Notes: generated by a model not told the origin, from the sequence alone. A stretch of DNA of 64,000 nucleotides from an uncultured Planctomycetaceae bacterium (GCA_963785305.1 CAWAUV010000005.1:320001-384000); one strand, 5' to 3'; positions 10,551 to 20,636 are shown, counted from the stretch's first letter. Program-made: numbers and translations.

Positions 10551-10906
10551 GGCGAAGCCTTGGATCGAAGGGACGACGCGGGGTCAGCGTGAAGAAATGC
10601 TCGACAACATCGGCGGCGCGAAATCCGAGCGACTGGGGGCACGACCGCCATAACGGCATGGCAAATCGCGGGAGTTTGCCGGCTCGTCGATTTGGCGATT
10701 CCCTATCTTGGCGACTCGCTGAAGCGCATGCAAACTGTTTCGAGATTCCGCGGGGCTCGCGGCGACCAACGCCTCTCCGAATCGGGAACAACGCGGACCT
10801 AGCGCGCTCACTCTTGGCGCCGAGCGGCGCACGCGATAGCCTGTGGGGCTGCCACAAGCATCGCGGTTTCGCTTGACCGATCCCAATTCATTCGCGGAAT
10901 TCGACC

Positions 10907-12103
10907 ATGTCCACCCGTGATTCTTCTCTCCCCGGAACCGTGAATCCGCCGGTTCGTTTGCTGCTCGGACCTGGGCCAAGCGACACGCATCCGCGCGTGC
11001 TCGAAGCTCTGGGTCGCGGAACGGTCGGGCATCTCGATCCCTACTATCTCGCGATCATGAACGAAATGCAGCAAATGCTGCGCACCGTCTTTCGCACGGA
11101 AAACTCGATGACGCTCGCCATCAGCGGCACGGGCTCCGCTGGCATGGAGGCCACGGTCAATAACCTCATCGAGCCGGGCGACGCGATGCTGGTGTGCGTC
11201 AATGGCGTGTTCGGAGGACGCATGGTCGACGTGGCCGAGCGGGCCGGCGCCCGGGTGGCGAAAGTCGAACGCCCGTGGGGCGAAGTCTTCGCGCCCGATG
11301 ACTTGGCCTCGGCCCTCGAGCGGCACAAGCCGAAGGTGGTGGGAATCGTCATGGCCGAAACCTCGACCGGCGCATGGCAGCCGATCGAGGAAATTTCCAA
11401 AGTCGTGCATGAGGCCGGCGCCTTGCTCTTGGTCGACGCGGTGACGGCGTTGGGCGGAGTTCCAGTCGAGGTCGATGCCTGGAAGATCGACGCGATCTAT
11501 GCCGGCACGCAAAAATGCTTAAGCTGCCCGCCGGGACTCGCGCCGGTGTCATTCAGTCCCCGGGCGATGGACGTGGTGCTCGGCCGCAAGACCAAGCCGC
11601 AAAGCTGGTATCTCGATGTGACGATGCTGGCCAAATACTGGGGCTCCGAGCGAGTCTATCACCACACCGCCCCGATCAACATGACCTACGCTCTCCACGA
11701 AGCACTGCGTCTCGTGCTTGGAGAGGGGCTCGAAGCCTGCTTCGCCCGGCACGCGAAAAATCATCGGGCGCTCAAGGCGGGGCTCGCGGCGATCGGCGCC
11801 GAATATGCGAGCCCGCAAGGTCGCCAGTTGCCGCAACTCAATGCGATTCGTATTCCCGAGGGAATCGACGACGCCTCGGTTCGCAAACAACTTCTCGACG
11901 GGTTCGGCATTGAAATCGGGGCGGGGCTTGGCGCGTTCAAAGGCAAGGTGTGGCGAGTGGGGCTCATGGGATATGGTTCCCGGGCGAACAATGTGCTCTT
12001 GCTATTGGCCGCGCTGGAGCAACTGCTGGCCACGGCCGGATATGAATTCGATCACGGCGCCGGAGTGGCGGCGGCCAGCGATGTGTATGCGAGCGCCAGA
12101 TAA
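10907..12103 (+). CDS. alanine--glyoxylate / serine--pyruvate aminotransferase (class V PLP)
   Basis: [44 protein letters not shown]. Confidence 0.93.
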   Translation: MSTRDSSLPGTVNPPVRLLLGPGPSDTHPRVLEALGRGTVGHLDPYYLAIMNEMQQMLRTVFRTENSMTLAISGTGSAGMEATVNNLIEPGDAMLVCVNGVFGGRMVDVAERAGARVAKVERPWGEVFAPDDLASALERHKPKVVGIVMAETSTGAWQPIEEISKVVHEAGALLLVDAVTALGGVPVEVDAWKIDAIYAGTQKCLSCPPGLAPVSFSPRAMDVVLGRKTKPQSWYLDVTMLAKYWGSERVYHHTAPINMTYALHEALRLVLGEGLEACFARHAKNHRALKAGLAAIGAEYASPQGRQLPQLNAIRIPEGIDDASVRKQLLDGFGIEIGAGLGAFKGKVWRVGLMGYGSRANNVLLLLAALEQLLATAGYEFDHGAGVAAASDVYASAR

Positions 12104-12160
12104 ACCCGAGACGCGACTCACCCGCGGACTCCGACTTTTTGCCCTATCGATCCGGTGGCG

Positions 12161-13332
12161 TCACATGCGGCTTTGCCTTCGATATCGGGCCGGAGTAATG
12201 CCCAACATCGCCTTAAACACGGCGCCCATGTATTCTTGATGCCGAAAGCCGGCGCGTTCGGCCACGGTCGCCAGCGACACGTCGCTCGTGGCGAGCAACC
12301 GCTGGGCTTCAGCCAGCCGCACGCGCACGATTTCATCATGCACGCTGCGCCCGATCGTTTCCTGAAACCGCCGATGGAGCGTGCTCCGCGAGGAATCGCA
12401 AATGGCGAGCACCTCGGCCACGCCGATGCCGCGGCACGCGTTTTCGTTGATGAATTTCGCCGCCGCCGACACGATCGGGTCATCCACCGCCAAGCTTTCG
12501 GTCGATTGGCGAATCACGATACCCTTCGGTTCCGTCAAGAGCGGCTCATGGGCGCGGGCTCGCCGCGCATCATGCGGTCGAGCAGCGCGGCGGCTTCGTA
12601 ACCCACTCGCTTCAAGTCGCCATAGACGCTGGTGAGCGGAGGATCGCACAACTCGCAGATCGGTTCATCGTTGTCGACTCCGATCACGGCCACTTCGTCG
12701 GGCGCCAAAATGCCCACTCGGCGACACGCTTCGAGCACAAGCTGCCCGCGAGGATCGTTGCAGGCCATCACTCCGGCTGGCTTGGGCAGCCCGCGGAGCC
12801 ACTGGGCGAGGCGATCTTGCTGCTGTTCCCACGAAGCGCGGGTCGTGGACTTTCGCGGCAAGAGATACACGCTCACGTCGCCGCCCGCCGCCGTAACCCG
12901 GCGCACGAAGGCAGCCGAGCGGCGATCGGACCAATTCACGCTCCGCACGCCGCAAAATCCGAAATGCCGGAATCCACGCTCGATCAAATGTTCCGCCGCC
13001 ATGATCGCAATGGCTTCGTCCTTCACATGCACCAGCGGAATCTTCGGATGTGGCGCCACGCCGAGCACATCCACCGCCGGCAAACCGGTGGCGGCCACGG
13101 CCTCCGAAACGCTCTCGTCTTGCAAGCGGGCAATGATGCCATCGCCCTGCCAGTCCTTGAGCCAGGGCGGTGGGCCCGCTTCCAGACCACGCGGTTCTTG
13201 AAAGATCGACCAGGGCCCATGTTCGCGCACATAACGGGCAATGCCTAGCAAGACATCGCGGCCCGAGGCGAGCGAAGTCTCGACCAACAGCGCGATATGC
13301 GGTTGTTTTCCACGACGGCTCGAACGCTTCAT
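12161..13332 (-). CDS. XylR-type regulator (LacI-like sensor plus AraC HTH), frameshift near 12550
   Basis: IALLVETSLASGRDVLLGIARY, DGIIAR, VAVIGVDNDE; C-terminal HTH RSTLHRRFQETIGRSVHDEI...GITPARYR in ORF 12161..12649. Confidence 0.88.
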
Positions 13333-13443
13333 GGTTCGCGGCTTCCTCCTTGGAGTCGCCCTCGGCGCGGGCAATCGATCCACCAGCCCGCGAGAGCAGA
13401 ATTTCGTGATGGGATGCGTGGCCTTAATATAACGTTCGTGAGC

Positions 13444-13463
13444 GATTTGTGTGGATACAAATC
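13444..13463. promoter_or_regulatory. candidate operator palindrome GATTTGT-N6-ACAAATC
   Basis: perfect 7-6-7 inverted repeat in an AT-rich patch between divergent genes. Confidence 0.4.
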
Positions 13464-13800
13464 TACAAAATCTTCGGCGAAGACCATACACGCCTTTTGG
13501 CCGGGGCGGCGGCCCGAAAGCGCTCGCCGCATGGCGCCATTTGTCGAGCGAGGCGGGCACTGGCGCCGGGCGAGCTCGCCCGACCGCAAGCGGCAACCCG
13601 CATCCTCGCATTCTCTCGCCCCCCGCCGCCGCCGGCCCGTCGACGCTTCAAGATTGACGCCTCAAGATTGACGCGAGGCCCCGCGAGGCCGAGAATGAAA
13701 AGGTTCGCGGGTCCACGATCGACTTCGAAGAAGCCGAGACGCCGGTTCCCGCGGCAGGTGGCGTGAACTTCCCTCGAGGAGCGAGAGCGAGGCCAGCATT

Positions 13801-15255
13801 ATGCACATGGACCATTCGGGCTCGCGCGGCGGGGCGACGCGGCCATCTCTCGGGTCGGCCGCGAATCGCCGTTGCGCGCGAAGATCGCGCTGTCACTCGC
13901 TGCTGAACTTTCCGAGTCGGTTGCTGGCCGCCTTGGTGGCGGCGATGCTTGCGATCGGCATTGTCTCGAGCGCCCTGGCCGTCGAAGAGCCCGACGCCGA
14001 CACCGTGGCTCGCAAGAAGTTGCAGCAGCAGCTCATGAGTCGCAAGGCGCCCGAGCGGCTCGAGGCGCTCGAACGTCTGCGAAATTTTCCGAGCGCCGAC
14101 ATGGCCAAGCTGGTCGTGACGCGCGGGCTCAAGGATCGCGACGAGCAGGTGCGCCGCGCGGCCGAAGACACACTGATGTCGGCCAAGAACAACGACGAGG
14201 TATGCGAATTTCTGGTCGAGATGCTGGGCAAGGAGGGGCGCCGCAAAGGCGGGCTCGAACCGCTGTATCCGGTGTTTCACGTGCTCTTGGCCTCCGACTC
14301 GCCCGATGCCGAGGAAGGTCTGTTTCACTACTTCGAAAAGAGCGCCGCCACCGGGCCCAACGCCATCGTCGCGATGTCGGAAATGGCCGAGGAACTTGGC
14401 AAAAAGGCGCTGCCGGCGGAATTCGTGCAGCTCGAGCGAATCGCGCGCTCGAAATCCTATGACAAAGAGTTTGGTCTTCAGCGCACCGTGATTCGCGCCG
14501 CCACGCGCTACACCACGAAACCGGCCGTGGCGTTTTTATTCAGCCAACTCGAAAAGCAAAAGGGCGAGCTGCGCGGCGACATCATTGAATATCTGGGCCA
14601 ACTCACCGGCGAGCAGTTCGGTCTCAACACCGCGGCCTGGCAGCGCTGGTGGCAGGAACACGAAAAGACCTTCGAGTATCCGGCTCGCCCGGCGCCGCCC
14701 TTGATTCGCAATGTGGTCGCGGGCAACACACCGGGCTCGTACTACGGAATTCCGCTCTATGCCCAGCGCATGGTGTTCGTGCTCGACACATCGGCCAGCA
14801 TGCGCGGACCGCGCATCGTGGCGGCGAAGCGAGATTTGACTAAAGCCGTCGACGAGCTCGACGACAACGCATACTTCGGCTTGATCGCGTTCAACGCTGG
14901 CGTCTACACTTGGCAAAAGTCGCTCGTGCAAGCCACGGCCAAGAACAAGAAAGCGGCCGAATACTGGATTCTCAATCAGGAACTCGGACTGCGCACCGCT
15001 TCCTACGACGCGCTCGAGGCGGCCCTGCATTTCGACGCCGAAGCGATCTACTTTCTCACCGATGGCGCTCCGGTCGGCGGCCGGATCGATGACCCGGCGC
15101 AGATCGTGCAAGCGATCGGACTCTTGAACCGGGTGCGGCGCGAGTCGATCTATTCCATCGGCATCGGCCTCGGCCCGCCGGGCAATGGCCCGGAAATGTT
15201 CCTCAAAACCCTCTCGGCCGAGAACTACGGCATCTACCGCCGCGTGGACGAATAG
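13801..15255 (+). CDS. secreted HEAT-repeat plus vWA domain protein (true start probably near 13945)
   Basis: signal-like MLAIGIVSSALA, HEAT-like LKDRDEQVRRAA, MIDAS VFVLDTSASM...T...FLTDG. Confidence 0.8.
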   Translation: MHMDHSGSRGGATRPSLGSAANRRCARRSRCHSLLNFPSRLLAALVAAMLAIGIVSSALAVEEPDADTVARKKLQQQLMSRKAPERLEALERLRNFPSADMAKLVVTRGLKDRDEQVRRAAEDTLMSAKNNDEVCEFLVEMLGKEGRRKGGLEPLYPVFHVLLASDSPDAEEGLFHYFEKSAATGPNAIVAMSEMAEELGKKALPAEFVQLERIARSKSYDKEFGLQRTVIRAATRYTTKPAVAFLFSQLEKQKGELRGDIIEYLGQLTGEQFGLNTAAWQRWWQEHEKTFEYPARPAPPLIRNVVAGNTPGSYYGIPLYAQRMVFVLDTSASMRGPRIVAAKRDLTKAVDELDDNAYFGLIAFNAGVYTWQKSLVQATAKNKKAAEYWILNQELGLRTASYDALEAALHFDAEAIYFLTDGAPVGGRIDDPAQIVQAIGLLNRVRRESIYSIGIGLGPPGNGPEMFLKTLSAENYGIYRRVDE

Positions 15256-15443
15256 CCGGCCGCGAGCCAGTTCTCTCCCAACGACGGGATAAAAAGCGGT
15301 CGATATCGGCCGGCATTCCCCGCCCCGTTCCGCCAGGGCCGCGACTCGGAAGAAACGCTCGTCCGCGGCTGGGAACGCGCGGTTGCGATCGTGGCGAGCC
15401 GCAATTGCGAGGCCGATCGAACCTCGGCCCGTGCTCGGCCTGT

Positions 15444-16605
15444 TGTCAACCATTAGAAATGTCCCCGTTGGTTAAAGGGTTGAGGGGGTTTTTGGAAAAG
15501 GAAAAATTGGCTGCTATCACTCCGGCTCGCTAGCGCTCGCCTCCGTGATAGCAGCCAATTTTCGCGGCCGGGGGTCGTCATCCGGTGGCGACAAGATCGG
15601 GCTCTTGGAAGGTCGTGGGAGCGCGTTTCCGGCCCCGCCAAGGGTGGTTGGCGGCTGGGCGTTGGCCTTGGCTCGAACCGGTCGGCCCGGTCCGTTGCGG
15701 ACGCTTGCGCGGCGCCGGCGGACGAACGTCAGCCGCTGTCCAAGTCCACTCGCGGCCGCCCGAGAAAATCCGCAGCCGCCCATCGGGCTGTTGGCACACC
15801 TCCACTTTCTGGCCGGGCTGGACGAAAGGCGCCGACTCGGCGGGCAATTGCAAGAAACGGTTTCGCCAACGCATCGTCCAGTCGAACTGCACCGTGCGCA
15901 GTTCGCCGCCGAGAGAACCCGATCGAGATCCACGCCCGCCGGCAGCGGCCGATGGGCGTCGCTGGGATCAGCCGCCGATCTGCCGAACTGCGTATTGAAC
16001 TCGCCCAGGAACGTCTCTTCCAAGAACGCATTGGCGCTCGTCAGGTCGCTGATTCCGAATCGCCGCAAGGCCTTGACCAGCCGATCTTGCAACGTGCGGT
16101 TGACCCGCTCGACGCGACCTTTGGCCTGGGGGCTGCGGGCCAGGATCAGTTCCACGTCCAGCTCGCGCATGGCCCGGCCGAACTGCGTTTCAGGCCGCTT
16201 TCCGCGGGCCAGCTCCTCCGCCGTCGGCTCGCGATCCGCACGATAAATGCTAGCCTGATCGACGTACAATCCCGCTGGCAAGCCGTGTCGGCGGACGTAA
16301 CGGCCAAACGTTTCTTGTGCCGCCTCCAACGTCTCGGCTTCGAAGAACCGGGCGTAAATCGCGCCCGTCGCGTCGTCGATGATGACCATCAGCACGGCCC
16401 AGCCGCGGCGTCCCTCGAACCAGTCGTGATGCGAGCCGTCCATCTGCTCCAAGTCGCCAAGCCGCGGACGCCGCGGTCGGCGGCGGCGGTGCTTGGCCCG
16501 CCGTCGCTCCCGGGTCCACAGTCCCGCCGCAAGCAACCACAAGAAGCGACGCATTGCGATCGAAAGCAAGGATCGCGCGAGAGCCTCTGATGCCTGCCGC
16601 TGACA
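15444..16605 (-). mobile_element. IS1202-family (ex-ISNCY) element lacking the 5' part of its transposase
   Basis: GDLEQMDGSHHDWFEGR, IDDATG, YVDQASIY, SPQAKGRVERVNRTLQDRL, C-terminal HPWR in a shifted frame; right end GGGGACATTTCTAATGGTTGACA; 18-bp perfect hairpin 15503-15520/15545-15562; boundary at 16605 is tentative. Confidence 0.8.
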
Positions 16606-16632
16606 ACCTGTTGAATATTTCAACAGGCCGCT

Positions 16633-17730
16633 CTAACCGCGGCCGGAGCGGCAGCAATTTTGTGGGCATGCATCGTGGCTCGCGCCGAGAGGTCCGAGAG
16701 CCGGGCGCTCTTCGCCGGGCGTCATGCGTTCGACGATCAACTCACGAATCATGCGCACCAAGCACGCATGCGTGCCCACGGTCGCGGCGCGAATCATGCG
16801 TAGGCCCAGCGAGGCGGCGGTTTGCTGGGCCTCGGTGTCCAGGTCGTAGAGCACTTCCATGTGGTCGGAGAGAAAACCGATCGGCGCCACGACCACGTTT
16901 CGCGAGCGCCCTTGGGTGGCAATTTCGCGCAGCCGGTCGCCAATATCGGGCTCGAGCCACGGCTGCGCGGGCGAACCGCTCCGGCTTTGATAGGCCAGTG
17001 ACGCGTGTTTGTGGCCGAGCGCCTCGCTTACCAGCCGCGCGGTCTCCGTGAGTTGGGCCACATAGCGGCATTGATCGGCCATCGCCCGCGGGATGCTGTG
17101 CGCCGTGTACACGATCTCGGCCGCCGAGCGCTCTTGCGGCGCAATGGCGCCAAGGGCTTCGGCAATCCGGTCGACGCAGGCTTCGATAAACAGAGGGTGA
17201 TTGAAAAACGACCGCAACTTATCCACCGCCGGCGCCTGGGGCCCGACCTGCCGCTGGGCGTCGGCAATGTTTTCGCGGTATTGCCGGCAGCCGGAATAGG
17301 AACTGTATGCCGAGGTAAAATAGGCGATCGCGCGGCGCTTGCCATCGCGCGCGATTTGCTCGAGCGCGTCGGGCAAGAAAGGCCCCCAATTGCGATTGCC
17401 CCAATAAATGGGCAGCTTGGGTCCATGCTCGGCCAGTTCGCGCTCGAGCGCCGCGATCAGTTCGCGATTTTGCTGATTCAGCGGGCTCACGCCGCCAAAA
17501 TGCTGGTAATGCTCGGCGACTTCGAGCAGCCGCTCGCGCGGAACCGGCTTGCCGCGGAGCACGTTTTCGAGAAACGGCAGTACTTCATCGGGCCCCTCGG
17601 GCCCGCCAAACGACACGACCAGCACGGCGTCGTAAGGCGCGTCGAGCGGCGCCCCTTCGGCGAGCTCGGGCTCGGCGCCGGCCTCCGCGGCCAATGACCC
17701 CCGACCGGCGATCGGCTCTAAATTGGGCAT
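16633..17730 (-). CDS. hemH: ferrochelatase
   Basis: SFGGPEGPDEVLPFLENVLRG, GGVSP, TAHSIP, YQSRSG...WLEPD, GFLSDHMEVLYDLD. Confidence 0.95.
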   Translation of the reverse strand: MPNLEPIAGRGSLAAEAGAEPELAEGAPLDAPYDAVLVVSFGGPEGPDEVLPFLENVLRGKPVPRERLLEVAEHYQHFGGVSPLNQQNRELIAALERELAEHGPKLPIYWGNRNWGPFLPDALEQIARDGKRRAIAYFTSAYSSYSGCRQYRENIADAQRQVGPQAPAVDKLRSFFNHPLFIEACVDRIAEALGAIAPQERSAAEIVYTAHSIPRAMADQCRYVAQLTETARLVSEALGHKHASLAYQSRSGSPAQPWLEPDIGDRLREIATQGRSRNVVVAPIGFLSDHMEVLYDLDTEAQQTAASLGLRMIRAATVGTHACLVRMIRELIVERMTPGEERPALGPLGASHDACPQNCCRSGRG

Positions 17731-17753
17731 CAGGCGCCAAAAATGTAAAAAAA

Positions 17754-17828
17754 TGACCCCGACGGGATTTGAACCCGTGTTATCGGCGTGAAAGGCCGGT
17801 GTCCTAGACCGGGCTAGACGACGGGGCC
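17754..17828 (-). tRNA. tRNA-Glu (TTC), CCA not encoded
   Basis: GGCCCCGTCGTCTAGCCCGGTCTAGGACACCGGCCTTTCACGCCGATAACACGGGTTCAAATCCCGTCGGGGTCA folds as a cloverleaf with anticodon TTC. Confidence 0.96.
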
Positions 17829-17876
17829 AAGGCAAATCGCTTGCGCTCGGTGCATGCGGTGAGCGCAACGCAAGGT

Positions 17877-17906
17877 TATATACTGGCCAGCGAACCGATT
17901 CGTCAA
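17877..17906 (-). promoter_or_regulatory. sigma70-like promoter for tRNA-Glu/hemH
   Basis: TTGACG-N18-TATATA about 50 bp upstream of the tRNA. Confidence 0.55.
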
Positions 17907-18143
17907 GGGGCCGATCGCATCGTAAACGCGAATTCGATGTTCGAACCGCGGCGCGGGATCAACGCGGCGCCGCGAAAAACACGAACCCGCGGGCAGAAAT
18001 CGGACGGGCTCCAACGGCGGGCGGGATCGTCGGCGGGACGGGCGGGAGCGGGGTGCTCAATCGTCGGGGGCGGGAGGGAACGGGCGGGTAAATCCGTGGA
18101 CGCAAACTTCCACCAACAGAGCCGAGATCAGCCTCGGCCTCGA

Positions 18144-18392
18144 CTACGACTTCGGTCCATGGGCCCCGTTCGACTGCGAATCCGCCGCGTCGCGATCCGT
18201 GGCCGAAAGCTTTCGACTGCCTTCGATTTCGCCACGCTGGATCGCTTCGTAGACTTCGCGCCGATGCACGGGCACTTCCCGGGGCGCTTCGACCCCCAGG
18301 CGAACTTTGTCGCCCTTGATCTCGACCACGACGATCGTGATCTCATTGTTGATGATGATGCTTTCGTTCTTCTTTCGCGAGAGCACTAACAT
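18144..18392 (-). CDS. csrA: carbon storage regulator CsrA
   Basis: [14 protein letters not shown]...[29 protein letters not shown] upstream. Confidence 0.96.
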   Translation of the reverse strand: MLVLSRKKNESIIINNEITIVVVEIKGDKVRLGVEAPREVPVHRREVYEAIQRGEIEGSRKLSATDRDAADSQSNGAHGPKS

Positions 18393-19517
18393 AGCTATTC
18401 CTTCGCTTGTTGGCGGGGCGCGCTTCGTGCAAACCCACGCTTGGCCTTGGCGAGCTTCAACTCGCCCTAACGCGATCCTGTTGTCCGGCTCGCTGACATC
18501 GCCCGAAGCGATACGATGCCGCCGGAACCACGTGCGACACTCAAGTTCGAGAAAAAACGTCGACGCGGCTCGCGATGCGTGATCGCGACAACGTCAATGT
18601 TGCTCGACCCCCTTTTCTTCCCATCGAAATTTTGTCACATTAAACGCCAGCGACTCATGAACGCTTGGCGTCGATCCTTTGTCCCGTTGATCTCTTGTTC
18701 TCTGTTAGCTCGATCGCATTGGGAGCCCCCATCGTTCAAAGACCCGTCGTTCGAAGACTCCTCGTTCTTCGGCGCCTCGCGAGCGAGACACTTGTTGCAA
18801 CAGACGAATGCGACCTTCACTTCATCAACAACGCCGTCACTTCAACAACGTCGAGCGAGTTCGACGCCGACCGCGACTCAGGTTTTAGGGCGATCAAGGC
18901 CCTTTGCCACGAAACATCTGTTTCGATCGCAAAGCGTTGAACCAATCCCTTGCCGACGTGATTCCTCACGGCCGACAAGTTGGTGCGAAGCCTTTTGAAT
19001 TCCGCTAACGGTCGCGACTCAAAATCAAATCGCAATTGCACTTTCCACCATTTACTCTACGTGCGTTGGCGCCCTAGTCAAGGTTTGCAAGAGCGTTCTT
19101 GGCCCGATTTGTGCGGAATTCTCTACGTGCCGGGGGCAAAATAAGTGCCGGGCTTCACTTTTTAGGTTGATTTTCCCGCACAAAACCGCGATTTTCATGC
19201 CCGCAATCCAAAAGCCCGCAATCCCCCCATTCGCGCCCATCAACCACGAAAATTGCGGGTTGGCGACGGGCGAAATCTCCATCCGGGGGGGGCGGCCGAT
19301 TCGATTCACTCTTTATTTGTAATTATTTTGCTTGGCGTCCTAGCGCCATGATCCCCTCGTGGCAGGCTCGGGCAGAATTCGTTTTGTCTTTTTTTTATGT
19401 CCCCTGTCTTTTGCGCTCATGCTTTTACGTTACTAAGTACGCGGCGATGCATTGCTGACAATCGGCCAGCGACCGCGCTGCGTTATCCGCGCTTCGACTT
19501 GCGAAAGGCCGAGGACC

Positions 19518-20483
19518 ATGAACATCAGACTCGCTTGGCGCCTAGCGGCGCTCTTGACGATCGGCGCCCCGTTGGCCGGCTTGGCTCAAGGGCCCCGAGG
19601 CGGCGGCCGTAGCGGCGGGGGCGGGGGCGGCGGTTGCCAACAGGGCGGCGGCGGGGCCATGTCGTCGCAAGGCATGATGTCGTCGCAAGGCATGATGCTT
19701 CAAGCCGCTACGCAATTTGCTAGCAGTCGCCAGCAGTTGGCGGAAGCCGAAAGCGCGATCTCCTCGGCCGAGAGTCAAATCGCGGCGTCCAACGAACGAA
19801 TCGATGGCGCCCGGCGGTCGCTCGACGAAGCGAAGTCGCGGCTCAAGGAATCGATCCAAGCGCAAAAGAATGTCGAGTCAAGCATTATCGATTCGCAAGC
19901 GTCGGACTCGGCCTACGCTCGCGCTCTAGCCGATTTCCAAGCCGCCCAACAGGCATGGCAAGTCGCGCAAAGCGCGGTGCTTGAGAGCGAGAGTTATCAG
20001 TCGGCCCGCACTCTGGCGGCCAAGAGCGACAACCCTGGCTCGGCCTTGGCCAAGCTGCAGCGAGACGCGTTCGCGGAAAATCCGAGCTCGGCCGCGGCCA
20101 GCGACCGACTCCAAAAGTCGCAAACGAAACTCAATCGGGCGAAGGTCGCCCTATTGAAGTCGAGCGACGAATGGGTTTCGGCCGCGGAAGCGGTAAAAGC
20201 CGCCTCGTCCGACGAGAGTAAGGCGACTGGCGTCGTGCGCCGAGGCGCCCTGAGTCGGCTGCCCGCCCAGCGAGAGCTTCGCGAGGCCCAAGCCGAAGCC
20301 GAATCGGCTCGAACCAGCATGAACGCCGCACAAGTCGCGATGCGTTCGCTCGCCGGACCCGGCATGGGAATGGGCATGATGGGCCCTCCGGGCGGCGGAC
20401 CGCCAGGCATGGGTGGCCCCAATGGCCAGAACACGCCCGGCCAACGAATGCCCCCACCACCGCCGCCCCCGAATGCCAATTAA
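19518..20483 (+). CDS. secreted coiled-coil protein with Gly-rich N-terminus and Gly/Met/Pro-rich C-terminus
   Basis: GAGGA SD, signal peptide ending LAGLA-Q, long Ala/Ser/Gln helical region, 18-bp tandem duplication (MSSQGM x2), terminal poly-Pro. Confidence 0.75.
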   Translation: MNIRLAWRLAALLTIGAPLAGLAQGPRGGGRSGGGGGGGCQQGGGGAMSSQGMMSSQGMMLQAATQFASSRQQLAEAESAISSAESQIAASNERIDGARRSLDEAKSRLKESIQAQKNVESSIIDSQASDSAYARALADFQAAQQAWQVAQSAVLESESYQSARTLAAKSDNPGSALAKLQRDAFAENPSSAAASDRLQKSQTKLNRAKVALLKSSDEWVSAAEAVKAASSDESKATGVVRRGALSRLPAQRELREAQAEAESARTSMNAAQVAMRSLAGPGMGMGMMGPPGGGPPGMGGPNGQNTPGQRMPPPPPPPNAN

Positions 20484-20636
20484 TGGGGTGTTAAAAAATG
20501 CGAACGTGGCATTTTTCAACCTCGCCAAGCGCCGAGCAAAGCTCGTCGTGGCTCGCGGAATAACGACTTAGTTCATTATTTTCACACGGCGTCCATGCGG
20601 CGGCTCGGCCTGTTGAATATTTTAATAGGCTGCTAG
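20481..20636. repeat. ~155-bp MITE-like palindromic intergenic element
   Basis: terminal hairpins GTTAAAAAATGC/GCATTTTTCAAC and GCCTGTTGAA/TTTAATAGGC, ends in GGCTGCTAG; its right end recurs at 16606-16635. Confidence 0.65.

Noticed and set aside
10551..10906. Possible glycine riboswitch upstream of the aminotransferase
   Set aside because: Only a weak CTGAAG...GCAAA resemblance; the GGAGA and CTCTCAGG elements are absent
17731..17868. N-terminal extension of hemH in the ORF track
   Set aside because: It overlaps tRNA-Glu; the real start is at 17730 or downstream
18393..19060. CsrB/RsmZ-like GGA-repeat sRNA next to csrA
   Set aside because: About 11 GGA on the minus strand in ~660 bp, close to chance, and not in regular hairpin loops
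19000..19450. Replication origin in the AT-rich stretch
   Set aside because: No clustered TTATCCACA-type DnaA boxes and no oriC-typical neighbouring genes
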